Source: Moniliella sp. 'wahieum' (Eukaryota). Taken from it: a stretch of DNA of 64,000 nucleotides. The position numbers and the translations under genes were made by a program. The stretch spans positions 1-64,000 of the forward strand of contig RSEE01000077.1 of assembly GCA_003971905.1 (NCBI GenBank). Direction: 5' to 3'. Position 1 is the first letter of the stretch. The number at the start of each line of letters is the position of its first letter. This document shows positions 12,440 through 24,439 of this stretch, piece after piece. Under the pieces are notes generated by a model. The model searched no databases. It saw only the letters and a program-made list of their open reading frames with translations, and was not told the origin of the DNA.

Positions 12440-15400
12440 GGCATTATATGACAGTGGGCATTCCCATCCATTTGGAAAGACAAATCCGTCTTCACATCCA
12501 TGACCCCTTGCGACGACGAGATAGAGGTTGCTAACGGGACACATGTAAAGGCGGAAGGACGAGGCACGGCCACAATCCGTATCCGATGCTTAGGAGGACA
12601 CCAAATGGAGATAAAACTCCCCAACAGCCTATACATGCCCCGTTTCAGCCGAAATCTCGTCAGTGTAGCACACCTGTCGAACACCGGAATCGCATCATAC
12701 TTCGCCCCACACCAGAAGGGTATCTGGCTTGGTAACCCAGGATCCACCCTACGAAAAGTAACCGGCAGTGACTATCAATTCACGATCTTACACAACCCGC
12801 GAACGCCACCCACACCCCTGCGGGCCATGGCGACCAAACCGATCAAACCGGCCGACCCACCCTCAACCCCAAACTCCCTCGCAGCATCCCTGGCCTGGAC
12901 CACGTCTCTAAAGCCCACAAACGCTGGAACCACGCAGCATCGACCTCCTCCCCTGGTTACACGATCGGAAACCGCAGGCCTCCGCGTCACAGCCAAGCAT
13001 ATCTCCTCTGTCGTTCAGAGTGGGATTGCCCAACATGCGCGGTGGCACTAGCGACAGCATCGCCCCATCCGAGCCGGGACCGCCTCCGATCCAAAAGACC
13101 TTTCGAGGTCCTCCACGTCGACGTAGTAGACCTCCCCCGGGTAACCGGCATGGGGCACGGATACGCCCTCGTCGCCGTTGATGACTTCACGCGGTACGTC
13201 TTCACCACAGCGATCCCGACAAAGGGCGCTGCAACGAAGGAACTGCGGAACCTCATATTGCGGGAGCAACGCTACGGCCCGGACAGACTGCTGCGGACTT
13301 TGCGCACGGACAACGCCCCCGAATTGACAAGCGCACTGCAACCTTTTCTGGACGAGCAAGGCATCACGTCAGAACGGACAATCCCGGGGCAGAGTGCTAG
13401 CAACGGTGTGGCTGAGCGTGCCATCCGAACCATAACGACTCGTGCAAGGCAGTTGCTCTTGGGTACAGGTCTTCCGACGTCGGACTGGTGGGAACACAGC
13501 CTCCACGCTGCGTGCTTCACCCAAAACCAAATGCCACTCAAAACATCCGGGGAAGACAACAAATCGCGATTTGAGCGATACAAAGGCCACGCATACTCGT
13601 TACCGATGCAACCCTTTGGCCGCGTTGCATACCTCCATCTGCCCGAGTCACGCCGCGAGCACAAGCTCAGCGCGCGGGCAGAGGAAGGTATGCTGGTAGG
13701 ATACCACCATCAGCGCGGATCAAAGGGATGGCTCTTCGCCACATACCAACCATCCCTGGGTACCTTCACCTACCGCTGGTCGAAACCGTACAAATGGGGC
13801 AACGCCATCTACCCCCATCTCCACCCCGACCACTTCCCACCCGACATCTCCAAATCACCTCAAATTAAAATCGACAGTGAAAAAGACGCTAACCCTACTC
13901 CGCCAGCCGCGGCAGCACCCATGCCCCGAACCGCCGCCACACCCCAGACACCCGCTCCCACCACCACCCCCCCTCCGCGCCGCTACCCCCTCCGCCAGCG
14001 CACCACCCGCACCTCCCTCGACCTGCACACACTCCCAATCGCTGACGACCCCACCGACACGACCTACCATGCTCGTGCTGCAGCCGCCACGCCCCACTGC
14101 GCCGCACCAGAGATCGGCATCGCCCGCCCCCTACCTGACACATCCGCCCCCCCGTTTGCCGACACAGTTCAACCTCCCGAATACGCCGCCATGACTGCTC
14201 TCAGCGCACCCATCCACCCGGACACGGTTCAGCTCACCAAGGATGGCGTACCCCTCGCTCCCAAGACGCTCAAGGGTCTCGAGACTCACCCCTCCTTTGC
14301 CATGGTCAAGCAGGCTATGGCCGACGAGGTGGCCACACTCGCGCGATACGGCACCTACGAGGCTACGTACCCACCACCGGGTGCACAAATCCTCATAGGA
14401 CTATGGCGCATCACCACAAAGACGGACGCCGAGGGCCGGTTCCTGCGCCACCGCGCGCGCTTTGTCGCGGGCGGACACCAACAATCGGCCGAGACTTGGG
14501 GCCAGACGTTCGCACCATCGGTGCGCACACCTGCCATCCTGACCCTCGTCGTGCTGGCCGAGAAGTATAAGTTTGGCCTCTTCTCGGCGGACGTCAATGC
14601 AGCGTACCTGAACGCCCCCCTCGAAGAAGCAGTCTACATCCGCCCACCCCCCTACTTCCCCGAAGCGGGTGGTCGCGTGTGGCGTCTCAAGAAGAGTCTA
14701 TACGGGCTACATCAGAGCGGAGCAAACTGGGCACGATACATCCGGAACCTGCTGCGTGACAAGCTCGGCTTCACGCAAAGCTTGACCGAGCCCTGCTTGT
14801 TCGTGCGCGCTGCACCACCGGGTGAGCAGATCCTCCTGGCGGTCCACACCGACGATCTGCTCCTCGCATGCAAGTCACACCAAAAGTACGAGGAGTTTAT
14901 GGCCGAGATAAACACACACATTGATGTTCGTGGTAACGGTCCCCTTCACTACCACCTGGGATGCCAATACGATCGGATCGGTGGGGAGCTGTACCTGAGC
15001 CAACCAAAGTTCATCGAGGAAGTGGTGGCAAAGCACCACATCAAAGCCCCGTGGATCCGGACTCTCCCACATCCCGTACGGATGATACCGCCCCGTGCCG
15101 ACCCTGAACCCCCATCCCTCCCAGCCTTGCGCAAGGCATATCAGGGGAAGATCGGATCGGGACTGTGGGCTGCACGAATGGGCCGGCCTGACTCCCTCTT
15201 CGCTATCACGGCCCTCAGCAGAGCCGCTGCCGACCCATCGCAGCAGCATCATCAAGCAGTCGATGACTTCCTTCGCTACCTGTACCATACTCGAGGAAAG
15301 GGCCTGAGGTTGACCCCAACATCAGATGCACCGGCCATTGCGCTGTATACAGATTCCGACTTGGCGGGAGATCCCATCCAGGCACGCTCCACATCTGGAT

Positions 15401-15849
15401 GCCTACTGATGGTGTACGGTGTGCCGGTGTCGTGGCGATCCATTCTTCAGCCGAAGAGCGTTACCAGTACCGCCGCCGCCGAATATACGGCAGGATATGA
15501 TGGACTGGTTGACGCCAACTATGTCAAGAACATCATGATCGAGCTTGGGGCCATCGGCGAGGGTACACCCATTCATTGGTATTGCGACAATAAGTCTGTC
15601 GTCGATCTCGCCCACAAATTTGGCAGCACCGGCAAGCTCCGAGAGCTGAAGATCCGGTACCACAATGTACGGCAACACGTGGACTCGGGCGAGGCCATAC
15701 TTGTACACATCCCCGGCGAAAGGAACCCAGCGGACGTCCTCACCAAGCCTCTCGGCCGTCCCGCCCTGACAAGCCATCTTGCTCAACTCCGCGTCGAGGA
15801 GATGGATCCAGTCCACATGACTGGGCCCTCCGGTCAGCGGGGGTGTTGA
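12440..15849 (+). CDS. pol: Copia Pol polyprotein (PR, integrase, RT, RNase H)
   Basis: Protease ALYDSG(A) near 12441 and IEVANG; HKRWNH...CPTC Zn finger; integrase LHVD, RTDNAPE, NGVAER; RT RARFVAGG, DVNAAYL, LKKSLYGLHQSG, VHTDDLL; RNase H YTDSD, AEY, YCDNKS, NPADVLTK. Confidence 0.95.
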
Positions 15850-16004
15850 CATCCGTCCTAGGACCGCGCGGACCCTGAGTCACGTGAGTCAGCTTTCATT
15901 CCTTCCGAGCTCGCACCAGTCTTCTGGACGAGTCAGTCGCAGAAGCTTCTTAGTCCAATACGACGTTCAGTGCTCACATTCTGTGGTAGTAGCGAGGCCG
16001 GACA
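15844..16004 (+). repeat. 3' LTR (161 bp)
   Basis: TGTTGACATCC...GAGGCCGGACA, followed by TSD CTCTC. Confidence 0.95.
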
Positions 16005-16735
16005 CTCTCACCCTGACGAACCCCCCTTCTCCATGTCAATGCATGTCGCTGTGCGTCACGTTGCACCCACCCACGGCACGGTGTGGTGGGCTGAGGACAC
16101 AAGGCCTACCCATGACGGACCAGGGCCATGTAGCCAGCACTCTCCACCGTCTGACTCGTGACTTTCGGCATGCAGCCGAGATCAGGAGAGCTCGGGTCTC
16201 TCCAGCCAGCCGGCTGCTCTCGCCCTGTCAAAGTATCTTCAAGACGATCCTAGTGCCACATGTCACGATCCGTTCGTGACCAAAACCCATCCTCCTACTC
16301 TGTTCCATACGCCGTTGGGGGAGGAGGAATTCCCCCGGGGCCCACAACCAAGTCAGCCGCACAGCAGCCGCTGTACCTCGGTCAACCGGGGAGGCCCCAC
16401 GAACCACGCAATGCCAGATTCTAATACTAGGCCAAACGAGTCCAACGGCAGCGATGTTCGTCGTTCGTCGTTCGGCGTTCATCGTTCCATCGTCATGAAC
16501 AAAGACCAAGTTCTTGGGTGGCCGCTTAAACTCGCAAACATCCAGCGTGCGAGTGAGTGCGCGCCATCTGCTTTTTGCACCAGTATGTACATCGCGTATC
16601 CAATGATGGTATCAACACTATAGAATGGGTGTGTGTGGCGGGGCAGGGCGCATGTTTCTCTTCACTGTATGTTCCTGCCGACATGACTACGTTTTTCCAC
16701 GGATACCAAAAAAGGAAAGAATCAGTAGCGTTCGT

Positions 16736-17787
16736 TTACATAAACGAGTCGTCCGAGAGCCCCTCATCGTCTGTTGGGTCATCGTCAGTACACCATCTCT
16801 TGCCCGGAAAGCAAGACAGGCAAGGCACGCACAGTTGGTGATATCGATCCCGTCCTTTGCACTGGCCGTGCTCAAGTTCTTAGGCTTGGGCTTCTTGACC
16901 ACCGGTCTTCTTGCTTCCTTCTCAGCCCGGGCCTTCTTCTCCGCCAGGTCGCGCAGCTTGGTCGCCGTCAGACGCATGTCCGTGTCCCGCATCTTGTCCG
17001 CCACAAGGAGGGTGAGGGCAGGACCAAAGAACTTATCGAACCCGGTCGACCCGCATAGCCGAGATCACCTTGGTATAAATGTCTTGCGCCAACTTGTCCC
17101 AGTCGCCCTTGGTCACCGGCTTGGCACTCGTCAGCGCCGCCAGGCCCGCATCCGACGTCGTATCCTGCACCCACTCGTTCTGGCCAGAGCGCAGCCGCAT
17201 TGTCCAAGTCCGACTGGAGTTGCATCTCCTTGTCGCGCTTCTTCTTTTCCATAAGGTCCTCTTCCTCTTCCGACTCGTCCGTCTACCCCCCGCCTCCCGC
17301 GTTAGTCGTCACTCGCCTTTGAATCCAACGCAATGCCTAGGACGTACATCAAGACCCAGCTCTGCACGACGGCGCTCCTCCGCCTCCTTCTCAGCAAGCT
17401 TCTTCTTCAGGTTGCCCTTCTTCTTGGGCGGGGCAAGGACCGGTTGGGGCTTCGGCGCCTCGTCCTCCTCTTCCCAGTCGTCCTGATAAGAGAAGTTAGG
17501 GGTTGGGTTCGCTGCGAAGGAGAAAACGGGTGCGAGGTGGCGGGTGACGAGACATACCTTCAGGTCATCTTCCTCGTCGTCAACGTGCGGCGGCCATAGA
17601 CCGATGCAACAGGCGCTTTGGGCTTGGGGGGCGCGGGCGTAGCCTTCTTCTCGTCGCCCGAGGAGGCATCTGGATTGGATGGACGAAAGCGCTCAGGTCA
17701 GATGGGATGGGATGGGGTGGGATACTCGGGCAGATTCGGGTGGCGGCAGCCTGGACAACACGTACCCCAGTCACTCAGGTCGGACAT
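16736..17787 (-). CDS. HCR1: Translation initiation factor eIF3 subunit J
   Basis: MSDLSDW | intron | acidic DDWEEED, KKKGNLKKKLAEKE, QSDLDNAAAL, last exon DEGLSDDSFM*. About four introns with GTRYGT donors and CTRAC branch points. Confidence 0.85.
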
Positions 17788-18232
17788 GTTCGCTAGCTCG
17801 ATGGAGGTGGTGGTGAAACGTACGGAACGAAGGGATGCGCGCGGCCGAGGGCCCCAAGCTCAGGCTCAAGCTTCAAGCTTCACGGCTGCTCAAAGGCGCT
17901 GCTGCCTCATGAGCGCATGAGCGCAAGAGCAGACAAGCCGAGGCGGAATTATGAAAAAACCCAGGGCCTGCACGGGGCCAGTGTCTATTCCGCTGTGGTG
18001 GACGAGGCACTGCGTCACGCGTCATCCTTTCATTGCATCACTGAGTACTGAGTGAGGGGCCCAGCCGCTGATCGATCAAGGTGGTTAGCCCTAGCGTGGA
18101 CTGGAGATGGATGGTCGATGGAAGTCGATGGAGGCGGCGAGCATCATCGGCAGCTTGCCCAGACAACACTTGCGCGTGCTGCCTATCCTCTGTCCCGACG
18201 TGCACGTGTGGTCTGCCGCTGCCTGGCCCAAC

Positions 18233-19682
18233 ATGCGTAAGAAGCTGGTGCTCATGGGGCGCTCTGGGTGCGGGAAGACGTCGATGCGCAGCGTGATCTT
18301 TTCTGGCTACCGTCCCAACGACACTGCCGGCTCGGTACCACCGTCGGCCTCGAACATACTCACATCAACTTTCTTACCAGTCTCAAGCTCAATCTGTGGG
18401 ACTGTGGCGGGCAGGACAGCTACATTGATGGCTGGCTCAACCGAAAAGCAGATGAGATCTTCACGGGAGTGCAATTGCTTGTCTATGTGTACGACGTGCG
18501 CGGGGATCAATTCGAGATGTCTCTGGATGAGAACTACTTCCGGTAGGTGCAGTGACGTTGCGACGTTTTGGTCCCGTTCTTCCAGGTGCCAAGGACTAAC
18601 GATCTGGGATCTGGGGCAGAGATTGCGTCAACGTACTGCAGCGTTTGTCCCCTGGCACGCCAGTCATCTGTCTGCTGCACAAGATGGACCTGATTCGGGA
18701 GGAGGACCAGAACGAGGTGTTTGAAAGTGTCAAGGCGCGCCTTGAGGGCCGAGGCGATCCTCGACTGAAAGGCCGCTTTGAGTCCCCCAACGTCCGCTAC
18801 TTTCCTACTAGTATCCATGATGAATCTCTTTACAAGGTATGCACCCCCCCCCACGCTACCATTGACACCGGTCCGGCTGACAACGCCTCGACCAGGCTTG
18901 GTCGCGCATCATGCGTACCCTGATCCCCGAGTACGTTGAGGCCCTCGAGTACCGATTGTCGAACCTAGCCCGCGGCTGCTCTGCCGCCGAAGTAGTGCTT
19001 CTGGAATACTCGACCTTACTTTTGATCGCTCGCAGCACGGCGCATGAGGATGTGCAACGGGGAGAGCAAGAGGAAGGGCGGTCACTGAGCGGGTCCAACG
19101 GCGCGCGGTCGAGCACCAGCTCGCCGTATGACTCGGATTCATCAGGATTGGACGATGATTCGACCCCACACAGTATGGGGAGCATCAGCAGCAGCTCGGA
19201 CAACGCCTTTTCCGACTCGGGGCTTGCTTCCAACGGCATTCTCAGCCCCAATCGATTCGAGACAATTACGACTATGGTCAAAAAGCTGCGCGAGGTGACA
19301 CGGTGCGTCTGCTTTCCAACCCTCGACCCCCCCTCCCCCGTTTGTACTTGGCTTGAGGCCACCTACTTACCAAGCACTTGCCCAACCCATTGTGAGATAC
19401 AGGAGGCAGCAGTCCAACTTTGCTGGATTCGAGATTCGGACAGGCGCATTTACCGCGTACATGGACCAGCTCACCCGCCACATGATCATACTCGTCGTGG
19501 TGGCTGATCCCAGTATCGGTACGTTGTGCTATTGGCATGGGGGTGGAAGAATAGGTGCGGAGTTGGCGGGTGGGCGCTGACCATACCATTGTTGTCCGTT
19601 GGTAGAGTTGCCTGCGATCAAGATCAACGTCGACATGTCCCGAGCCGAGTTCAGGAGGCAAGAGGACGAGAGCTTGACGTAG
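18233..19682 (+). CDS. GTR1: Rag GTPase Gtr1/RagA
   Basis: MRKKLVLMGRSGCGKTSMRS, LNLWDCGGQD, CLLHKMDL, TSIHDESLYK|AWS, C-terminal roadblock region; several introns. Confidence 0.9.
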
Positions 19683-20319
19683 ACAGCAGGCTGCCGGAGG
19701 CTCCCCCGGCGGCTTGTGCCAATAAAATCTCATCTCCCAGAGCACCTGGCCCTGCCATTGCCATCGCCAGCGTAGGCGGTGGAAGGGCGGGAGAAGTTAG
19801 CTACACGCAACACGTGACGGCGTGGGCGTGGCAACCAGAACCCGCAGGGACGGAGCGCGGTGGGTGGCTGGTGATCGTGACGCGTGAGGACCAGCGGTGC
19901 GTGCGCGTGCGGGAGTATGTATGTGGCGGTCGCGTGAAAGCGGCTGTGGTTGGGTCTTACATTTTCCATCGGCCCAGTGTGCGCAGTGTTTGAGTTTTCC
20001 CAACACACCAGCACCCAGCGCCGCACTGCCGCACCCCAGCACCCCAGCACCCCAGCACCACTCGCACCGGGACGGAAGTGCGAGTTGTTGTAGGTCTGAT
20101 GATCGGCACGTGTGCTTCTCTGGCGCACCCCCCTGCAGGCGCACTGCTAGGCTGGCGCAGATTCCAGATGACGTAACCCCCGCTATGCGGTGCCTTTCCT
20201 CCAGCCTCTGTCTTCGCCTTTGGCCCACCACCGCTTCCAGCGCCTGCGCGTCGGCCCCGCCCGCGACCCCTCGCCCTGCCTTGCGCTTGCGCTTGCCCTT
20301 GCCCTTGCCCTTGCCCACG

Positions 20320-21997
20320 ATGGCCGTGCTGGACTACATCCCCGCTCGCGCCGCGCCAACCTGTGGAACTACCGCTACAGCGGCACCGACAAGTCGCTCC
20401 AGCAAGCACCTGCTTGGGCCCTACTGGACCTGGCTCGTCTCCTTCTTCCCCATGGTTGCGCCCAACACCATCACCCTCTCCGGCTTGGTCTTGATCGCCA
20501 TCAACCTCCTCACCCTCTTCTGGTACGACGCCTCGATGCAGGCTGGCACTGCTGCCCAGGAGATCAAGATTGTGTCTCTTCCCCAAGCCATCACAGAGCA
20601 TGCGTCCCGCGGCGGCCTGCCTCCGGTCCGGCCTCTCTGGCCTAGCTACGGCGTGCCCAAGAGCGTCCTCACTGCTGAGCCTGCCAATGGCATCTCTTTT
20701 TCTTCCCTCCTCACTGGCAAAGGCGGGGCATTACCCGTTCCCACTTGGCTCTATCTCACGTAAGTTCGTTCACCTCTTCCTGTGTGTCATTGGCCTCACC
20801 GCTGACTTGTCGCACAGCTTTTCGGTGGGGTTGTTCATGTACCAATCTCTCGACTCGATTGATGGAAAGCAGGCCCGGCGTACAGGCATGGCCGGCCCGT
20901 TGGGTGAAATGTTTGATCACGGTTGCGACGCTCAACACGACCCTGGAGTGCATTCTCTGCTGCCAGGCTCTTAATGTCGGGCGCAGCTACTGGACCATCA
21001 TGTCTATGATTGCAACCTTGTCCAACTTTTATCTGACGACCTGGGAGGAATACCATACTGGCACCCTTATCTTTCCGCGTTCAGTGGCCCGGTGGAGGGC
21101 ATCTTCCTCATCTGCGCCGTCTATGCACTTACGAGTTGTTTGGTGGCCCCGCTTTCTGGGACCGCGGCTACTGGACATCACCCAACTGTACCGCCTTGAC
21201 TTTGTCCAGTCATCGCCCGCCTTGCTCCGGTTCAACTATCCGCTGAACGAACTATTCTTGGCCCTGTCAGGGGTAGGATGTTGGTCAACGTGTTGACGAG
21301 CTATGGCAATGTGGCCGTGTCACGCAAGCACCGGGGTCTGTCGGCTGTCACGCCAGTGTTGGGGCTACTGCCATTTGTGGTGCAAGTAGTCGCGATTTCC
21401 AGCTGGTTCACGGCGCAAAAGTCCCAGATCATGGCCGATCCGTACACCTTCATTCCTTTCTGCCTCTTTTGGGGCATGGCATTTGCCTACAATGTCGGTC
21501 TCATGATTGTGGCCCATGTGACGCAGGCTCCGTTTCCCTACTGGAACCTGATGCTGGTATGGATCTGCCTTGGGGCGGCCGATGCTCGCTTCTCCCTGGT
21601 ACAGTCCTCTCCGATGACCATTCGGTACGCCATCTATGGCTCCTTGCTTTTCACCACAGTTCTCTATCTCCACTTTGCGCATTATGTCATTACTACCATT
21701 ACCACTGAATTTGGCACGGCCTGCTTCAAGGTCATCCCTCCCAAAAAGCGGCCAGACTCGCCCGCGAATGCTAACGGTGCATCGGCCATCGTCCCGCCCG
21801 TGGCTGCCAACGATACAGCTGCCAATGGTACCGCTCTTCGACGTCTGTCGCCCCCTCTGGTTCGCAACTACACAAGCGGGCCTAGTAGAACCTTCGAAAA
21901 ACGGTTGGGTTTGGCTAGGCCTGATGTGCTCGCATCTTTTATCCCGTATATCCCCCCCCTCATGCTGCACTTGCAATTCAATTCATGGCCTTTCTGA
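20320..21997 (+). CDS. EPT1: Choline/ethanolamine phosphotransferase (CDP-alcohol phosphatidyltransferase)
   Basis: [60 protein letters not shown]; intron ~20760-20817. True stop may be earlier (~21886) given indel errors. Confidence 0.92.
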
Positions 21998-22119
21998 TGA
22001 GCCCTTAGGCATTACTGGCATTATCAAAGAGTAAATTTGTTGACTAGATTCACTGCTTCGCTTCGGGACCGGTAGCAGATTGTCTGCTCTTTACTATGTT
22101 GTGACGGAGCGGGGTTTTT

Positions 22120-23310
22120 TCAGTCGACAATAGAACTTACAGTAGAACTTAGGCTCCGAGCCAAAGAGTGCGGTTGCTTGGCTTTTCCACTAACCGCGTC
22201 TCGGTCAGTCCACCTTCTCCAGCATAACCCCGCCAAGCGCATCTCGACCCGAAGCGCGTTGGCACGACCCCTCGACCGCCTACAGCCCGATGAGGAAACT
22301 GAGATTTGACCGTTCCCCATGAAACAGCACGGAGTCAGAAATCTCTATAGTACAACCATATCATTGACAGAACTTAAGGCTGGGACAAAGAAACTCTGCG
22401 CCTAAATAGACCCGTTCATCCTGCGTGTGCTGCTTTAGCTCCACCCTGCTTAAGGAACCAGGGAATCGCCATGAAATCAGGACCCTCTGGTGCCGCCATC
22501 CGTTCACATACCCGAGGAAGGTGTGTGGATAGGCATCCGACAATAGTAGACGCAAGACGGGGTTCCCTTCAATCCTCACTGCTTGGGTCGGCACAGTGTC
22601 ATCGAAGCGAATTGAGTCGAGCAGATAGGTTAATACATCGACGTTTGCCCTTGGTAGAAAAGACAGGCTGAATCTCAACTCAGGATTCGAGAACATTCGC
22701 GACGCGAAGGGGAAAAGACATGAGTTTACATTAACAGCCGCGGCCAAAGACGTACCATTTCCACCACCCGTTCCACAGCAACAGGTAAACCACATTTCGG
22801 GTGTACGTGGTTCATATTTTCTTGACAAGTCGCAGGGATGGACTGTGGATCAGTTTTCACCCCTTCCGTATGAACCGCGCTGTACGTGGGGACAGGATAC
22901 ACCGCAGGTATCTATGGCCTAGTGAATCTCATCAGTGACAGACCAGCTTCGTGAGCTCTCGCGGCACATACTTTGTGGTAAACACACCTGGATGATGTTG
23001 ATGACAGCAATGAACGGCTTCGGAAAAAGGACGCGAGATCATATTGCCAGTAATCGGGCTGTGGCAGCGTATTGTTTCCGACAGATCCTCAATACAGAGC
23101 CGGAGATTACGAAGGAGTGCGTCTTCTTTCGGGGCGCCAGGCTTTGGGGCGCTCCGAGTTGATCGCTGTTCCGGCTTGGATCCGGCATGAAGATCCTCTC
23201 CCGCTTCTCGGGTTCGGTATGCGGGCCAGCCGACTGGACAATGCCCGTTTCAGCGTTGTTTTACATCCAACCCTCTTCCACATCACCATTCTGCGTGGGA
23301 CCTAGGGGGC
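22120..23310 (-). CDS. Hypothetical spliced orphan gene or gene relic
   Basis: Intron-like GTATGT...CACTGA...CTAG at ~22972-22919 between open stretches (ALLRNLRLCIEDLSETIR; ORF 22361-22828). No recognisable domain. Confidence 0.3.
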
Positions 23311-23485
23311 GATCCAGAGAGGGGCCAAAGGGGCAAATCAGGGGAAATCACGTCTGACATAATGTCGGATGGGTCAGCAGAGATAGGTATGCGCTCGCCG
23401 GTTGGAACCAGATGAGATCGTGCTCGCGCGCCGGCGCGCATTGTGCGCGAATGAGGCCCGCTGCAGTGTCCGTGTTGCAGCTGGG

Positions 23486-24290
23486 TTATTGGACGCGACC
23501 CAGTGTGCCCACTGGTATGACCTTGGTGACATCAGACGTCACTGTGTCGAAAAGACTAGTACGGGTATCGACGACATCCGATGCACATCCAATAGCTGGC
23601 AGTGTAGGGCATTCTTGCAGCCGAATAAAGCTGAAGCCTTGTCCGCTATCTTGGTGCCGTAGTATCCTCGCGTCGTCAAAGCCAAGGGGGAAAACGACCT
23701 CTTGAGTGCGTCCCTGGTACTTGGCGTTCTTGTCGCATTCGGCATGTTCCAGCAGCCGAAGCAGCTCCTTCTCCCGGCGTTCCAATGGCGTCGCGGTGCT
23801 CTCATGCACCACCCTCCGGTACGCGCTCTGCGCCTCTTGCGTTCCCGTGTCACGCAGCGTGTGGTCCACCTCTATTCCTAATCATCTGATTGCTCCAGGC
23901 CCCATCACGCAGTAGTCGGTGCGCTGTGCCCTCCGTCCGCGCCTCGTCCCATCTTCTTCCTCCACAGTAGCTTCGTTGTGGTTGTGGGTGTCGAGGATGG
24001 AGCGCACGAGCTGGAGAATGGGCCACCGCACTGCATCATGCACCGCACCAAGCTTGGCCTGGGTGCGGGTGCAAGCCATGATGTGCTCCAGGGAGGACAT
24101 GACGCCGCACTTGCACATGCTGCGCGTGGAGCGGCACAGCGTGTGAGCTGGAGACCAGCGTGAACCTGCTTGTCAGAGAGCCGGAGGCACGGGGCGGATG
24201 GAATGGCGGAGAGTGTGGCTCAGCGGGTTTGCTGTGCTCAACCACATGGCGACCATCGGCAGCGGCCAGCTTCTGGAGCAGCTCTTGCTT
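23486..24290 (-). mobile_element. 3' fragment of an RLE-type non-LTR retrotransposon (CRE/Cnl1/MoTeR-like)
   Basis: Across frameshifts: SAIPSAPCLRLSDKQVHAGLQL, CKCG....EHIMAC (CCHC knuckle), VHDAV, QRTDY, EVDHT, DKNAKY, FPLGF. This is the motif order of a restriction-like endonuclease tail. No RT present. Confidence 0.75.
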
Positions 24291-24439
24291 AAAGTTTAAC
24301 GTTTAACCCCCCCCTGAGCGGGTCCCCTGGCGACGCACGCCTGTGGCACCGGTGGCCTGTGGCTGGTGGGCTGGAAACGTACAAAACGGCCCAACAGGAC
24401 CACTTGCCGCGACAAACTGCTCGCGCAAGCAATTGGCAA

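Larger units (their letters stand above)
10944..16004 (+). mobile_element. Full-length Ty1/copia LTR retrotransposon
   Basis: Two near-identical TG..CA LTRs; 5-bp TSD CTCTC (10939-10943 and 16005-16009); domain order gag-PR-IN-RT-RH; G-rich PPT before the 3' LTR. Confidence 0.97.

Noticed and set aside
16261..16560. TGTCACGATCC as the start of another solo LTR
   Set aside because: No matching end, TSD or second copy in the window.
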